From: Polyangiales bacterium
GTDB taxonomy: Bacteria; Myxococcota_A; Polyangia; Polyangiales; Polyangiaceae
Length of the DNA stretch: 64,000 nt
Reading direction: 5' to 3'
Assembly: GCA_038231275.1 (NCBI GenBank)
Contig: JBBRLQ010000005.1
Coordinates: 64,001-128,000, forward strand
Part shown: in pieces, positions 33,466 through 43,372 of the stretch
Layout of the letters: each line of letters opens with the position of its first letter
Numbering within the stretch: position 1 is the first letter of the stretch
Position numbers and translations under genes: made by a program
Notes under the pieces: generated by a model
The model's database searches: none
What the model was told of the DNA's origin: nothing
The model's input: only the letters and a program-made list of their open reading frames with translations

Positions 33466-34560
33466 ATGCGTCTTCGCGCCATCGACTGGGTCCGCGGCCT
33501 CGTCATGCTCCTCATGACGGTCGATCACGCGGGCAACATCTTCGACGCCGCCCACATGCACGGAGACGCCGCGCACGATTGGATCGTCGGCTCACCCTTG
33601 CCGGCGGGCGAATTTCTCACGCGCTGGATCACGCACCTCTGCGCGCCCACCTTCGTTCTGCTCGCCGGCGCGTCGCTGGCGCTCTCGGCGGAGAAGCGAC
33701 GCGGCCAGCCCGGGCAGACGCGCTTCATCGTCACCCGCGGCCTCTTCATCGCGGCGCTCGACCCGTTGTGGATGACGTTCGCGTTCGTCCAGTACCGCTT
33801 CTTCGTCTTCCAGGTGCTCTACGCCATCGGAATCTCGATGGTCTGCATGGCGGGACTGCGCCGCCTCTCCTCCCGCGCGCTCCTCGGCGGCGCGTTCGCG
33901 ATCCAGGTTTTTGGCGAGCTCTCGGCGCACGTTCACCCGGGCGCGCAGCCTTTACGCGCTGTGTGGAGCCTCCTCTTCGTGGGCGGTTGGGTGACCGATC
34001 AGGTGGTGTGCGCGTACCCGCTCGTGCCGTGGCTCTCGATCATGATGATGGGTTGGGTGCTTGGCCGCTGGCTCCTCGAGCCGCGCGCGGCGTTGTCGCG
34101 AGCACGGGCGCTCGCGCTCGTGGGCGTCCTCTCGCTCGGCATCTTCGGCGTCGTTCGCGGCATCGACGGGTACGGCAACTGGAACCTCCACCGCGACTCG
34201 CTCGACGTCCTCCAGTGGCTCCACGTCGCGAAGTACCCGCCGTCGATCGCGTTCACGACGCTCGAGCTCGGGATTTCGCTCCTCTTGCTCGCGGGCTTCA
34301 CCACGCTCGAGGACTCGGCGCGGGCACGACGGCCCCTCGCGCTCCTGTCTCTGCTCGGCGCGACGGCGTTCTTCTTCTACCTGCTGCACGCCCATCTCAT
34401 GTGGGGAGCGCAGGCGCTGCTCCACCTCGATCGCGATCACGGCGGCCTCGCCAAGACGTGGCTGGCCGCGGCGCTCGCCGTCGCCGTCCTGGTCGGTCCG
34501 TGCTGGCTGTACCGCCGCTACAAGGCGGCGCACCCCGACGGGTGGACGCGCTACGTTTGA
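33466..34560 (+). CDS. DUF1624 / HGSNAT-like membrane acyltransferase
   Basis: 'AIDWVRGLVMLLMTVDH', 'TRWITHLCAPTF', 'KYPPS', 'FFFYLLH'. Confidence 0.82.
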   Translation: MRLRAIDWVRGLVMLLMTVDHAGNIFDAAHMHGDAAHDWIVGSPLPAGEFLTRWITHLCAPTFVLLAGASLALSAEKRRGQPGQTRFIVTRGLFIAALDPLWMTFAFVQYRFFVFQVLYAIGISMVCMAGLRRLSSRALLGGAFAIQVFGELSAHVHPGAQPLRAVWSLLFVGGWVTDQVVCAYPLVPWLSIMMMGWVLGRWLLEPRAALSRARALALVGVLSLGIFGVVRGIDGYGNWNLHRDSLDVLQWLHVAKYPPSIAFTTLELGISLLLLAGFTTLEDSARARRPLALLSLLGATAFFFYLLHAHLMWGAQALLHLDRDHGGLAKTWLAAALAVAVLVGPCWLYRRYKAAHPDGWTRYV

Positions 34561-34585
34561 GGGCGGGCGTGGTAGACCGGGAACC

Positions 34586-36256
34586 GTGGCGCCGCGCACC
34601 CGTCGACGCATCCTGCTGGCGCTCGGTGTCGTTCTCGTCGCCGCGATCGGCGTCATCGCGTGGCGCGTGCTGGCGCGCCGTACGAAGGTCGAGCCGCGCG
34701 TGGTCGAGATCGTCGCGCTCGGCCAAGTCCTTGGCGCGCTCGAGCTGGAGCGGAGCGTCACGGTGCCCATCGAGATTGCGGTGAGCGGCGCGTCGAGCGT
34801 CGCGCGCGTCTCCAGCGTGACCTCGCAGGACAGGTCCGTCGTGCGTGCGCTTCTGTCTCCCAAGGCAGACGAGGCCTCCGCCCGCATGGAGATCCTGGAG
34901 CGCCTCCGGAGCGCGGCCCTCCCCGAGCGGGTGAGCCCCGCGCTCGCGCCTGCGGGCGGCGGTGTCACGCTCACGTACGCGCTCGTGCCGGCGCCGACGA
35001 CCGATCCGATCGCGCTGCGAACGCTCCAGGACTGGGACGTCGAGCGCGCGCTGCTCACGGTCTCCGGGGTCGCTGCGGTGAGCGCGTGTGGTGGACGCGC
35101 GAAGCGGATCGAGGTCGTGATCGACCCGGCGCGCCTACGGGCGTTCGGCATCGCTCCGACCGCAGTGGTCGACGCGATCGCTGGCGCGCCACGGCTCCGC
35201 ATGGACGACCTCGCTGTCCTCGTGGTCGCGTCGAAAAACGGCGCGCCGGTCAAAGTGGCAGACGTCGCCGCGGTCACCGTGGGAAGCGCGTCCCCGGACT
35301 GCGGTGCGTTCCGCGACGGCAAGGAGCTGATCGTGGGAGAGGTCGTGCTTCGACCTGGCGCAGACGCCGCGGCGATCGCGGCAATCGTCGCGCGCCTTCA
35401 GGCGCTTTCGGCGCGGTGGCCCGGCGCGCGCCTAGAGCCCCTGGAGACCGACGCGCGCGCCCATTGGATCCATGCGCGTGTCGCCTCCCCTGGCGACGCG
35501 ACGGACGCGCTCGTCGCTGCCGCGCGGGCCTCTGGCGACGTCACGGACGTGCTCACGCGACGTCGCGACGACGAGATGGAGATCCTGGCGCACGTGCGCA
35601 CCGGCGCGGCGATCGGCGACGCGGCGCGCGCGATGGCCCGCGCGATCGAGAAGGTCCCAGGCGCCCGCTACGACATCACCTCGCCCGCCGCCCCGCTCGC
35701 GCGCGAGCTGCGCGTCGTGCGCGCGCGACTGCAAGGCGAAGATCTCGAAGCGCTACGCGGTGCGGCGGACGCGGCGGTTGGGGTGCTCGCCGACGTCCCC
35801 GGCGTCCACGGCGTCGCCGCGCCCGACGCGCGCAGGTCCCCGCGCGCCACAGTCGTCCCCGACCGCTCCGCGCTCGCGCGCTTTGGCGTCTCACTCGGGA
35901 GCTTCGCAGAGCTCGTCGAGGTCGCGCTCGGCGGCCGGGTGGCAGGCACGCTCTACGAGGGGGAGCGGCGCTTCGACGTCGTGGTGCGCTTGCCCCGCAT
36001 CGGCGACGCCAAGGACCTCGCCGATCTCACGATCGCGACCCCGAGCGGCGCGTCGGTCCCTCTCACCTCGTGCGCGCAAGTGAAGCTCGAGGACGAGCCG
36101 GCGCGGATCACGCGCGACGGCGGACGTCGCGCCCTCGATGTCCTCTTCGACGCCCCCGATCCGCGCGTCCTCGAGGCCGCGCGGGCGCGCCTCGCCACGA
36201 CCCTGAAGCTTCCCGTCGGCGTCGAGCTCACGTTCACGCGCGCGGGCGAGGAGTGA
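34586..36256 (+). CDS. CzcA/CusA-derived protein retaining only the N-terminal anchor and periplasmic porter/docking domains
   Basis: HME-RND signatures 'LRTLQDWDV', 'DPARLRAFGI', 'GAPVKVADVA', 'LYEGERRFDVVVRL', 'ITRDGGRR', 'LKLPVG'; only one hydrophobic helix in 556 aa. Confidence 0.75.
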   Translation: MAPRTRRRILLALGVVLVAAIGVIAWRVLARRTKVEPRVVEIVALGQVLGALELERSVTVPIEIAVSGASSVARVSSVTSQDRSVVRALLSPKADEASARMEILERLRSAALPERVSPALAPAGGGVTLTYALVPAPTTDPIALRTLQDWDVERALLTVSGVAAVSACGGRAKRIEVVIDPARLRAFGIAPTAVVDAIAGAPRLRMDDLAVLVVASKNGAPVKVADVAAVTVGSASPDCGAFRDGKELIVGEVVLRPGADAAAIAAIVARLQALSARWPGARLEPLETDARAHWIHARVASPGDATDALVAAARASGDVTDVLTRRRDDEMEILAHVRTGAAIGDAARAMARAIEKVPGARYDITSPAAPLARELRVVRARLQGEDLEALRGAADAAVGVLADVPGVHGVAAPDARRSPRATVVPDRSALARFGVSLGSFAELVEVALGGRVAGTLYEGERRFDVVVRLPRIGDAKDLADLTIATPSGASVPLTSCAQVKLEDEPARITRDGGRRALDVLFDAPDPRVLEAARARLATTLKLPVGVELTFTRAGEE

Positions 36257-36383
36257 CGCCGCGGCCGCAGAGCCCTCCGGGTCGGGCGCGCCGTCGGTCA
36301 GGAGGCCGTCACTTGCCTCGTCGAGGGCCTGAAGTAGAAATATTCCGAGAAACCGATTCTGCCTCTGCGCGTCCGACGGCGAA

Positions 36384-37355
36384 GTGTGGCAAGAATTGGC
36401 GGTGGCGCAGAAGAACCGGCAACGCCTCGGATACCGCAGGATCGTCCAGCTCCTCGTCTACCTGATCATCATCCCGACGGTCCTCCTCCTCAGCCTGGGC
36501 ATCGTCCTGATGTTCATCGGCGAGGCGCGCGTGAACATCGTCCTCGGCATCCTCACGGTGAGCTTCGTCTCCGTCATGGTGACGGGCGGAATCCTCGTCC
36601 TCGTCTTCGTGCGCCGCGAGGCCAACCTCTCCGAGCTGCAAGCCGACTTCGTTTCGAAAGTGAGCCACGAGCTGCGCACGCCGCTCACCGCCATTCGCCT
36701 CTTCGCCGAGACGCTCGCAAAGACGCAAGACGAAGAGACGAAGGCCAAGTGCCTCGCCGTCATGACGACCGAGGTCGAGCGCCTCTCGCGCCGCATCGAG
36801 CGCCTCCTCGACTGGGGCCGCATGGAGGCGGGACGTAAGGCGTACGATCTCCACGAGGAGAGCGTGCAGCAGATCGTGGACGACGCGATCGCCGCCTTTC
36901 CTGCGGTGCGCTTCGATCAGGTGCGCTTCGAGAGCGAGGTCCCCGAGGGCACGCCGATGGTCATCGCCGATCGTCCGGCGCTCGTGGACGCGCTCGTGAA
37001 CCTGCTCTCCAACGCGCACAAATACGGCGGCTCGCCGCCCATCATCACCCTGCGCGTGCACACGTCGCCCAAGGGGGAGGTCTCGTTCGAGGTCAGCGAC
37101 AACGGTGACGGCATCGCGCACCCCGAGCATCGCCGCATCTTCGACAAGTTCTACCGCATCGACGATCGCCTCTCGCGCACGCGCGAAGGGAGCGGGCTCG
37201 GGCTCGCCATCGTCAAGCACACCGTGCGCGCGCACGACGGGCGCATCGCGGTCGAGAGCGCGAAAGGCAAAGGGTCGACGTTCCGCATCACGCTGCCGCC
37301 GCGCAAGAAGGCTATCGAGCAGCTCAAAATCGCGGTAAAACCGGTCGCCCAATGA
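36384..37355 (+). CDS. Two-TM sensor histidine kinase (intramembrane-sensing type)
   Basis: 'VSHELRTPL', 'NLLSNAHKY', 'DNGDGI', 'GSGLGLAIV'; two TMs joined by about 5 residues. Start may be GTG at 36402. Confidence 0.9.
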   Translation: MWQELAVAQKNRQRLGYRRIVQLLVYLIIIPTVLLLSLGIVLMFIGEARVNIVLGILTVSFVSVMVTGGILVLVFVRREANLSELQADFVSKVSHELRTPLTAIRLFAETLAKTQDEETKAKCLAVMTTEVERLSRRIERLLDWGRMEAGRKAYDLHEESVQQIVDDAIAAFPAVRFDQVRFESEVPEGTPMVIADRPALVDALVNLLSNAHKYGGSPPIITLRVHTSPKGEVSFEVSDNGDGIAHPEHRRIFDKFYRIDDRLSRTREGSGLGLAIVKHTVRAHDGRIAVESAKGKGSTFRITLPPRKKAIEQLKIAVKPVAQ

Positions 37356-38044
37356 ACGAGCGGTCCAAGCGTCGCGTGCTCGTCGTGGAGGACGACGCCT
37401 CGATCGCGCTCGGCCTACGGATCAACCTCGAGGGCGAGGGGTACACGGTGGAGGTCGCGGAGGACGGCGAGCGCGGCCTCGAGCTGGTTCGCGCCGAGCA
37501 GCCCGACATCGTGATCCTCGACGTGATGCTCCCGCGCATGAACGGCTTCGAGGTGCTCCAGACCTTGCGTCGCGAAGGCCGGCAGATGCCGATCATCATC
37601 CTGTCGGCGAGGAACGCAGAAATGGACAAGGTGACCGGCCTCGAGCTCGGGGCCGAGGACTACGTCGCGAAGCCCTTCAGCCTCGCCGAGCTGCTCGCCC
37701 GCGTGCGCGCCGCGCTCCGTCGTGGGCCTATGGCCATCGCGCCCAAGCGCATCGTCTTCGGCGACGTCGCAATCGACATCGAAGCCCGCAGCGTGCGCCG
37801 CGCCGGGGAGCTCGTCGACATGACGGCGACCGAGTTCGACGTCCTCATGTGCATGGTGGACCTGCGCGGCCGCGCGCTCACGCGTGAAGAGATCTTCAAA
37901 AAGGTGTGGGGCGAGAACCATCACGGGACACCGCGCACCATCGACAACTTCATGCAGCAGCTGCGCGCGAAGCTGGAGGCCGACCCGCAGGAGCCGCGCT
38001 TCTTCCAGACGGTGCGCGGCGTCGGGTATCGCTTCGACGGCTGA
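37352..38044 (+). CDS. OmpR/PhoB family response regulator
   Basis: 'VVEDD', 'LDVMLP', 'KPFS', wHTH 'TVRGVGYRF'. Confidence 0.95.
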   Translation: MNERSKRRVLVVEDDASIALGLRINLEGEGYTVEVAEDGERGLELVRAEQPDIVILDVMLPRMNGFEVLQTLRREGRQMPIIILSARNAEMDKVTGLELGAEDYVAKPFSLAELLARVRAALRRGPMAIAPKRIVFGDVAIDIEARSVRRAGELVDMTATEFDVLMCMVDLRGRALTREEIFKKVWGENHHGTPRTIDNFMQQLRAKLEADPQEPRFFQTVRGVGYRFDG

Positions 38045-38087
38045 CGACGTGACCGCGGCGCGGTTCTGCGCTAGATCCCGCGTCCCC

Positions 38088-38555
38088 ATGGAAACGTCGC
38101 TCCTCCGCTCGTACCTGGCGACGGTCTACGAGCTCCCGACCGCGAACGGCCCGATCCGCGCCTCGCTCGACGGTGACGTCGTGACCGATCCGTCGACGTT
38201 GCCCGAGCTCCTCACGCGCCCGTTCACGGTGCTCACCGCCTACAACCCGCGATCGATGCTCCTGCCGCGCAAGGTCAACGAGTCGCGGCACGTCGTCCTC
38301 CGCGATCTGCTCATCCTGGGCTGCTACCGCGTCGAGTCGTGCGTCGGCTACGAGGAGGACCCCGAGGGGACCTGGCGCGAGCCGTCGTGGCTCGTGCATG
38401 GGATGGATCGCGACGAGGCGATCGCCTTCGGGCGCGTCTTCCGGCAGAACAGCATCCTCCTCTGCAAGAGCGGGCGGCCGGAGCTCATCGTCACCGATCC
38501 GACGTGCGACGACTTGGGTCGCACGATCGTCGGCAACTGGCGCGTGCGCAATTAG
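38088..38555 (+). CDS. DUF3293-like protein
   Basis: 'LTAYNPRS', 'WREPSW', 'AIAFGRVFRQNSI'. Confidence 0.7.
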   Translation: METSLLRSYLATVYELPTANGPIRASLDGDVVTDPSTLPELLTRPFTVLTAYNPRSMLLPRKVNESRHVVLRDLLILGCYRVESCVGYEEDPEGTWREPSWLVHGMDRDEAIAFGRVFRQNSILLCKSGRPELIVTDPTCDDLGRTIVGNWRVRN

Positions 38556-38613
38556 TGCAGAAGTCGTTTGCGCGGCGGGCAAACGACTGGAGCGACCCAC
38601 AAGACGCGCAGCT

Positions 38614-39609
38614 TCACTCGGCGTCCTTCGCGCAGCGGAAGCCGGTCATCACCAGTCGGAAGCGTCCGGGATGGTGGACGCGGTTCATGCTTCGGAGGCC
38701 GGGGCCGTCGTAGTTGTACGCGCCGCCGCGCAGAACGTGCTCGCACTCGGTCGGGATCGGGTTCGAGCCGGTGAAGCCTTGCTTGCCGTCCGCGCGGAGC
38801 TGCTGCAGCGATTTCATGATCTCCGGGCACGTGCCGGGAACTCCCTTCGCGGCGCCGGCGCGGGTGTAGGCGATCGGATCGTACTCGTCCTCGATCCACT
38901 CCCACACATTGCCCGCGAGATCGTCGTGACCGTAGGGGCCGCGACCGGTCGGGTGCGATCCGACGTCGTCCGTACCCTCGGCGCCGTACGCGCGACCGAA
39001 GACGGTTCGCTCGCGCGTCGCGGGCTCGTTGCCCCACGGGAATCTGCGCCCGTCGTCGCTGCGGCACGCCTTTTCGAACTCGGCCTCGCGGGGCAGGCGC
39101 TTGCCCTTCCACGCGCAGAACGTGCGTCCGTCGTTCCACGTGACGCCGTTGACCGGCTGCTTCGGGCGCGAGAAGAGCGTGTCGGGCCCCGCGTGCGTCG
39201 AGCTCGCGATGTGCGTGTTCGACGGGCCGCACGCCTTCGCGGCGACGCACGCGGCGTACGCCTCGTTCGTGACCTCGGTGCGATCGAGCCAAAATGCCCC
39301 CAAGGTGACCTGGTGCGCGGGCCGCTCGTCGTCCTCGCCGCCGCTGTCGCCGCCCATCGTGAAGGATCCGGCGGGCACGAAGAGCATGCCCTCGGGCGCC
39401 GGCGCGCTCGCGTCGACCGTCGCAGCTTCGTCAGCCCCGGATGGGGACGCGTCGAAGGACGCGTCGACGCCGGCATCGACGGCATCGGGGACCACAGGGT
39501 GGTCGCTCGAGCTGCCGGTCCCGGCGGGGGGGATCGGCGTGGACGTGGGCGTGCTCGCCGAGGGACAGCCGCTCAGGAGCGCTACGATAAGGACGATTGC
39601 CGTTCGCAC
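38614..39609 (-). CDS. FGE/SUMF1-sulfatase-fold lipoprotein (likely non-catalytic)
   Basis: 'FTMG', 'DRTEVTN', 'RLPREAEFE', 'DLAGNVWEW', 'RGGAY', 'GFRCA'; lacks the FGE catalytic Cys pair; lipobox 'LSGC'. Confidence 0.85.
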   Translation of the reverse strand: MRTAIVLIVALLSGCPSASTPTSTPIPPAGTGSSSDHPVVPDAVDAGVDASFDASPSGADEAATVDASAPAPEGMLFVPAGSFTMGGDSGGEDDERPAHQVTLGAFWLDRTEVTNEAYAACVAAKACGPSNTHIASSTHAGPDTLFSRPKQPVNGVTWNDGRTFCAWKGKRLPREAEFEKACRSDDGRRFPWGNEPATRERTVFGRAYGAEGTDDVGSHPTGRGPYGHDDLAGNVWEWIEDEYDPIAYTRAGAAKGVPGTCPEIMKSLQQLRADGKQGFTGSNPIPTECEHVLRGGAYNYDGPGLRSMNRVHHPGRFRLVMTGFRCAKDAE

Positions 39610-39685
39610 CCACGCGCCTCCGCATGCTAGGAGATAACCGTATCGTGGCGACGCGTCGCGGACATTCGAATCGGAAGGCGCGCGG

Positions 39686-40048
39686 TTGAGCGCGTCGCCG
39701 CTCCTCATCCTGGTCGTGGACGACGATCGCCTCGTCCGCGCGGCGATGGTGCGCACGCTGAAGCGCGTGCCCGCGGCCACCGTTCACGACTTTCCCGACG
39801 GCCCCGCCGCCCTCGAGGCGCTCGAAGGCAAGGCGTACGACGTCGCGGTCCTCGACCTCAAGATGCCGGGGATGGATGGCGTCGAGCTCGGGACGGCGTT
39901 GCGCGCGAAGCTCCCCACGCTTCGACTGGTGTTCGTGACCGCGGATCCTCACGGCGATCTCGCCCAGCGCGCGCGGCTGCTCAATCCCGCGGGCGTCCTC
40001 GCGAAGCCGTGGACGCCCGACGAGCTGGTCGCGCTGCTTCGTCCGTAG
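39686..40048 (+). CDS. Single-domain response regulator
   Basis: 'VVDDD', 'LDLKMPGMDG', 'KPW'. Confidence 0.88.
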   Translation: MSASPLLILVVDDDRLVRAAMVRTLKRVPAATVHDFPDGPAALEALEGKAYDVAVLDLKMPGMDGVELGTALRAKLPTLRLVFVTADPHGDLAQRARLLNPAGVLAKPWTPDELVALLRP

Positions 40049-40092
40049 AGGAGAAACGGCGCGAGTCGTGGTATTCGCTGCCTGGCACGCGC

Positions 40093-41064
40093 ATGATTTC
40101 GGTCCAGAACCTCGTGAAGCGCTACGACGGCCGCCTCGCCGTCGACGGCGTCTCGTTCGAGGTCGAAAAGGGTGAGGTCGTCGGGTTCCTCGGCCCCAAC
40201 GGCGCCGGCAAGAGCACCACGCTGCGCATCCTCGCCGGCTTCCTCGGAATGACGAGCGGCAAGGTGGAGGTGTGCGGCCACGACATCCAGGACGCGCCGC
40301 ACGAGGCGAAGAAGCTCCTCGGGTACATGCCGGAGGCGGTCCCGCTCTACCCCGAGATGCGCGTCGCCGAGTACCTCACGTTCCGCGCCGAGCTGAAAGG
40401 CGTCCCGCGCGGGAAGCGCACATCGTTCGTCGACGACGCGATGCAGAAGGCGAACGTGCACGACGTCGCCAACCTCACCGTCGGCAAGCTCTCCAAGGGA
40501 TACCGCCAGCGCGTCGGGCTCGCGGACGCGCTGGTCGCCAAGCCGCCGCTCCTCATCCTCGACGAACCCACGGCGGGCCTCGACCCGAACCAGATCCGCG
40601 AGGTGCGCGACGTCATCCGCGCGCTCGGCAAGGAGCACACCGTCCTCCTGTCGACGCACATCCTCCACGAGGTCGAGCAGAGCTGCAGCAAGGTCGTCGT
40701 CATCGCCAAGGGCAAGCTCGTCGCGGCGGGGACGCTCGACGAGGTGCAGAAGAAGCGCCGTCCGCGCGGCGTCGAGATCGTGGTGCGTGGCGATGGCGCC
40801 CGTGCGCGTTCGGCCATCGAGGGCGTCGACGGCGCGACCAAGGTGAAGGTGGATGCGGCGGGCGACGTGCTCCACGCCTCGGCGACCTGGGGAAAGAAGC
40901 TCGACGCCGACGCGATCGGCGTCGCCATCGAGAAGACCGTCGCTGCGCTCGTCGGCGCCGGGCTGAGCGTTCGCGAGGTCCGTCCCATCGGCAGCTCGCT
41001 CGAGGAGGTCTTCGTCGAGCTCACCCGCGGCGCGCGGCCGGACGACGCGGAGGAGCCGTCGTGA
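40093..41064 (+). CDS. ABC transporter ATP-binding protein (GldA-like)
   Basis: Walker A 'GPNGAGKST', 'LSKGYRQR', 'LDEPTAGLDP'. Confidence 0.93.
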   Translation: MISVQNLVKRYDGRLAVDGVSFEVEKGEVVGFLGPNGAGKSTTLRILAGFLGMTSGKVEVCGHDIQDAPHEAKKLLGYMPEAVPLYPEMRVAEYLTFRAELKGVPRGKRTSFVDDAMQKANVHDVANLTVGKLSKGYRQRVGLADALVAKPPLLILDEPTAGLDPNQIREVRDVIRALGKEHTVLLSTHILHEVEQSCSKVVVIAKGKLVAAGTLDEVQKKRRPRGVEIVVRGDGARARSAIEGVDGATKVKVDAAGDVLHASATWGKKLDADAIGVAIEKTVAALVGAGLSVREVRPIGSSLEEVFVELTRGARPDDAEEPS

Positions 41065-41810
41065 GGGGCTTCTGGCCGATCTACAAGCGCGAGCTCTTCG
41101 CGTTCTTCGTGACCCCGCTCGCGTGGGTGCTCATCACGGTCTTCTTGCTCGTCCAGGGCATGCATTTCTTCCTGCTCGTCGATCACTTCGCGAGTCAGGC
41201 GCAGGTGACGAGCGATCAGACGCCGCTGCAGTCGTTCTTCGGCAACACGGTCCTCCTCTACTTGGTCATCTTTCTCCTCGTGCCGCCCATGACGATGCGT
41301 CTCTTCGCAGAGGAGCGTCGCAGCGGCACGATCGAGTCGCTCCTCACCACGCCGGTCTCCACCGTCGCCGTCGTCCTGTCGAAGTACCTCGCCGCGCTGA
41401 CGACGTACCTCGCGATGTGGGCGCCGACGCTCCTCTACCTCGTCATCCTGAAGCGCACCGGCACGCTCGACTGGCACGCGGCGATGGCGAGCTACCTCGG
41501 CGTCTCGCTCGTCGGCGCGGGGTACCTGTCGCTCGGGCTCCTGATGAGCGCGCTCACGAAGAGCCAGTTTCTCGCGCTCGTGATGACCGCGCTGGTGGTG
41601 CTGGTCCTCTTCATCCTCGGCATCGGCGAGTTCGTCGCGCGGGAGGGCACGCTCGCGCATTCCATCTGCCAGCACGTCTCGATCTGGGCGCACATGAACG
41701 ACTTCGCAAACGGCGTCGTCGACTCCCGGCGCCTCGTGTTCTACGGCACGCTCATCGTCCTGCCGCTCTTCCTGACGACGCGCGCCGTCGACGCGTGGAG
41801 GTGGGGATGA
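41061..41810 (+). CDS. ABC-2 permease (GldF-like)
   Basis: 'KRELFAFFVTPLAW', 'TMRLFAEERRSGTIESLLT'; multiple TMs. Confidence 0.9.
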   Translation: MRGFWPIYKRELFAFFVTPLAWVLITVFLLVQGMHFFLLVDHFASQAQVTSDQTPLQSFFGNTVLLYLVIFLLVPPMTMRLFAEERRSGTIESLLTTPVSTVAVVLSKYLAALTTYLAMWAPTLLYLVILKRTGTLDWHAAMASYLGVSLVGAGYLSLGLLMSALTKSQFLALVMTALVVLVLFILGIGEFVAREGTLAHSICQHVSIWAHMNDFANGVVDSRRLVFYGTLIVLPLFLTTRAVDAWRWG

Positions 41811-43372
41811 GCGCGAAGAAGAAGCTCCTCGGCCTCGACCCCGCGCAGCTCACGGCGGTCATCGGCGTCGTCGCGGCGTTCGTGATCGCCGTCTTCGCCA
41901 ACGTGCTCGCCGCGCGCCGCTACACGCGCTGGGACTGGACGACGGCGCAGCGCTACTCGCTCTCGGCGGCGACGAAGACGACGCTCCATGGCCTCGGCGA
42001 GCCGGTCGATCTGTGGGTGCTCATGGGCGGCGCCGATCCACTGGAGCAGAGCGTGAAGCAGCTCCTCGTCTCGTACGAGGCGGAGACCAGCCAGCTTCAC
42101 GTCCACTACGTCGATCCCGATCGTGACACCGCCGAGCTCGAGGACGTCCGCAAGCGCTTCAACATCCAGGCTGGCGTGACGCAGGACGGGCACGTCGCGA
42201 CCGACGCGATCCTCGTCGTCGCCAAGGGCGACAAGCACTGGTTCCTCGGCGCGTCCGACATGGTGGAGGTCACCAGCGCCGAGGACACGCGCGCGAGGCC
42301 TCGCGAAGAGCAGGCGATCACCTCGGCGATCCGCAACGTCTCGCGCGACGAAGAACGGCCCCGCCTCTGCTTCACCTCCGGGCACGGAGAGCTCGCGCTC
42401 GGCGAAGGGGGACCGCGCGGTCTCTCGTTTCTCCAGGACATCCTCGCCAAGGACAACTACGAGCCGGTCGTCGTCGACACGACCGATCCGAACCTCCACG
42501 AGCCGTTCAAGGGGTGCGCGGTCGTCGTCATCGCGGGGCCGCGCGGCGATTTCCCGAAGGACGAGGAGGCGCGCCTCCGGACCTACCTGCTCGAAGGCGG
42601 GAGCCTGCTCGCGGCGCTGTCGCCGATCAACGCATCGAACGAGACGGGGATGGTTCCTCCCGGAATCGGCGACGCGCTCGCGCCGTTCGGGATCGGCGTC
42701 GACGACGATCTGGTGTTCGAGACGGATCCGGCGCTCGTCCTCCCGAGCTCGCGCAACATCCGATTCTACGCGAACGCAAAGCCGCACCCGGTCACCGCGG
42801 GGCTCGTCCGCAGCGACGAGGTGCACGATCCGCCTCGCGTTTCGCTGCATTTTTCGCGATCTCTGAAGCACGTCGCGCCGCCCGGGGCGGTCCCCGCGGT
42901 CGATCTCTTGGCGACCAGCGACAAGGCGTTCGCGGTCACCAGCATCGTCGGCGCCGCCGACTGGAAGGAGATGCCGACCCCGAAGGACACCGAGCCGAAG
43001 GGCTCGCTCGTCCTCGCGATGGCCAGCGAGCGCGCGAAGACGTCGAAGGACGCGCCGCACGGCCCGCGCGTGGTCGTCATCGGGACCGCCAGCGTCCTCA
43101 TCCGCCAGAACTGGGAGGAGCCGATGCCGCTCCGTGGCTCGGTCTTCCTCGTCGAGAGCGCGATCTCGTGGCTGGCGTCCAAGCCGGAGATCCTCGACGT
43201 CCCCGCCAAGCCCGAGGTGTCGGCCGGCATCCGCATCAATGAGGAGTCGCGGAGCGAGGTTCGGCGGTACGTCCTCATCTTCATGCCGCTCGCGGCCGCG
43301 CTGCTCGGCATCGCGGTGGCCTTGCGCCGGCGCTCGACCGAAGGGACGCCGCGGAAGAAGCCGGCCGCGTGA
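41807..43372 (+). CDS. GldG-like ABC auxiliary component
   Basis: 'RWDWTTAQRYSLS', 'YVDPD', 'FTSGHGE', N- and C-terminal TMs. Confidence 0.85.
   Translation: MSAKKKLLGLDPAQLTAVIGVVAAFVIAVFANVLAARRYTRWDWTTAQRYSLSAATKTTLHGLGEPVDLWVLMGGADPLEQSVKQLLVSYEAETSQLHVHYVDPDRDTAELEDVRKRFNIQAGVTQDGHVATDAILVVAKGDKHWFLGASDMVEVTSAEDTRARPREEQAITSAIRNVSRDEERPRLCFTSGHGELALGEGGPRGLSFLQDILAKDNYEPVVVDTTDPNLHEPFKGCAVVVIAGPRGDFPKDEEARLRTYLLEGGSLLAALSPINASNETGMVPPGIGDALAPFGIGVDDDLVFETDPALVLPSSRNIRFYANAKPHPVTAGLVRSDEVHDPPRVSLHFSRSLKHVAPPGAVPAVDLLATSDKAFAVTSIVGAADWKEMPTPKDTEPKGSLVLAMASERAKTSKDAPHGPRVVVIGTASVLIRQNWEEPMPLRGSVFLVESAISWLASKPEILDVPAKPEVSAGIRINEESRSEVRRYVLIFMPLAAALLGIAVALRRRSTEGTPRKKPAA

Noticed and set aside
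38614-39609. FGE-fold protein as a true formylglycine-generating enzyme or DGR target
   Set aside because: Catalytic Cys pair absent; no sulfatase, reverse transcriptase or template repeat seen in the window.
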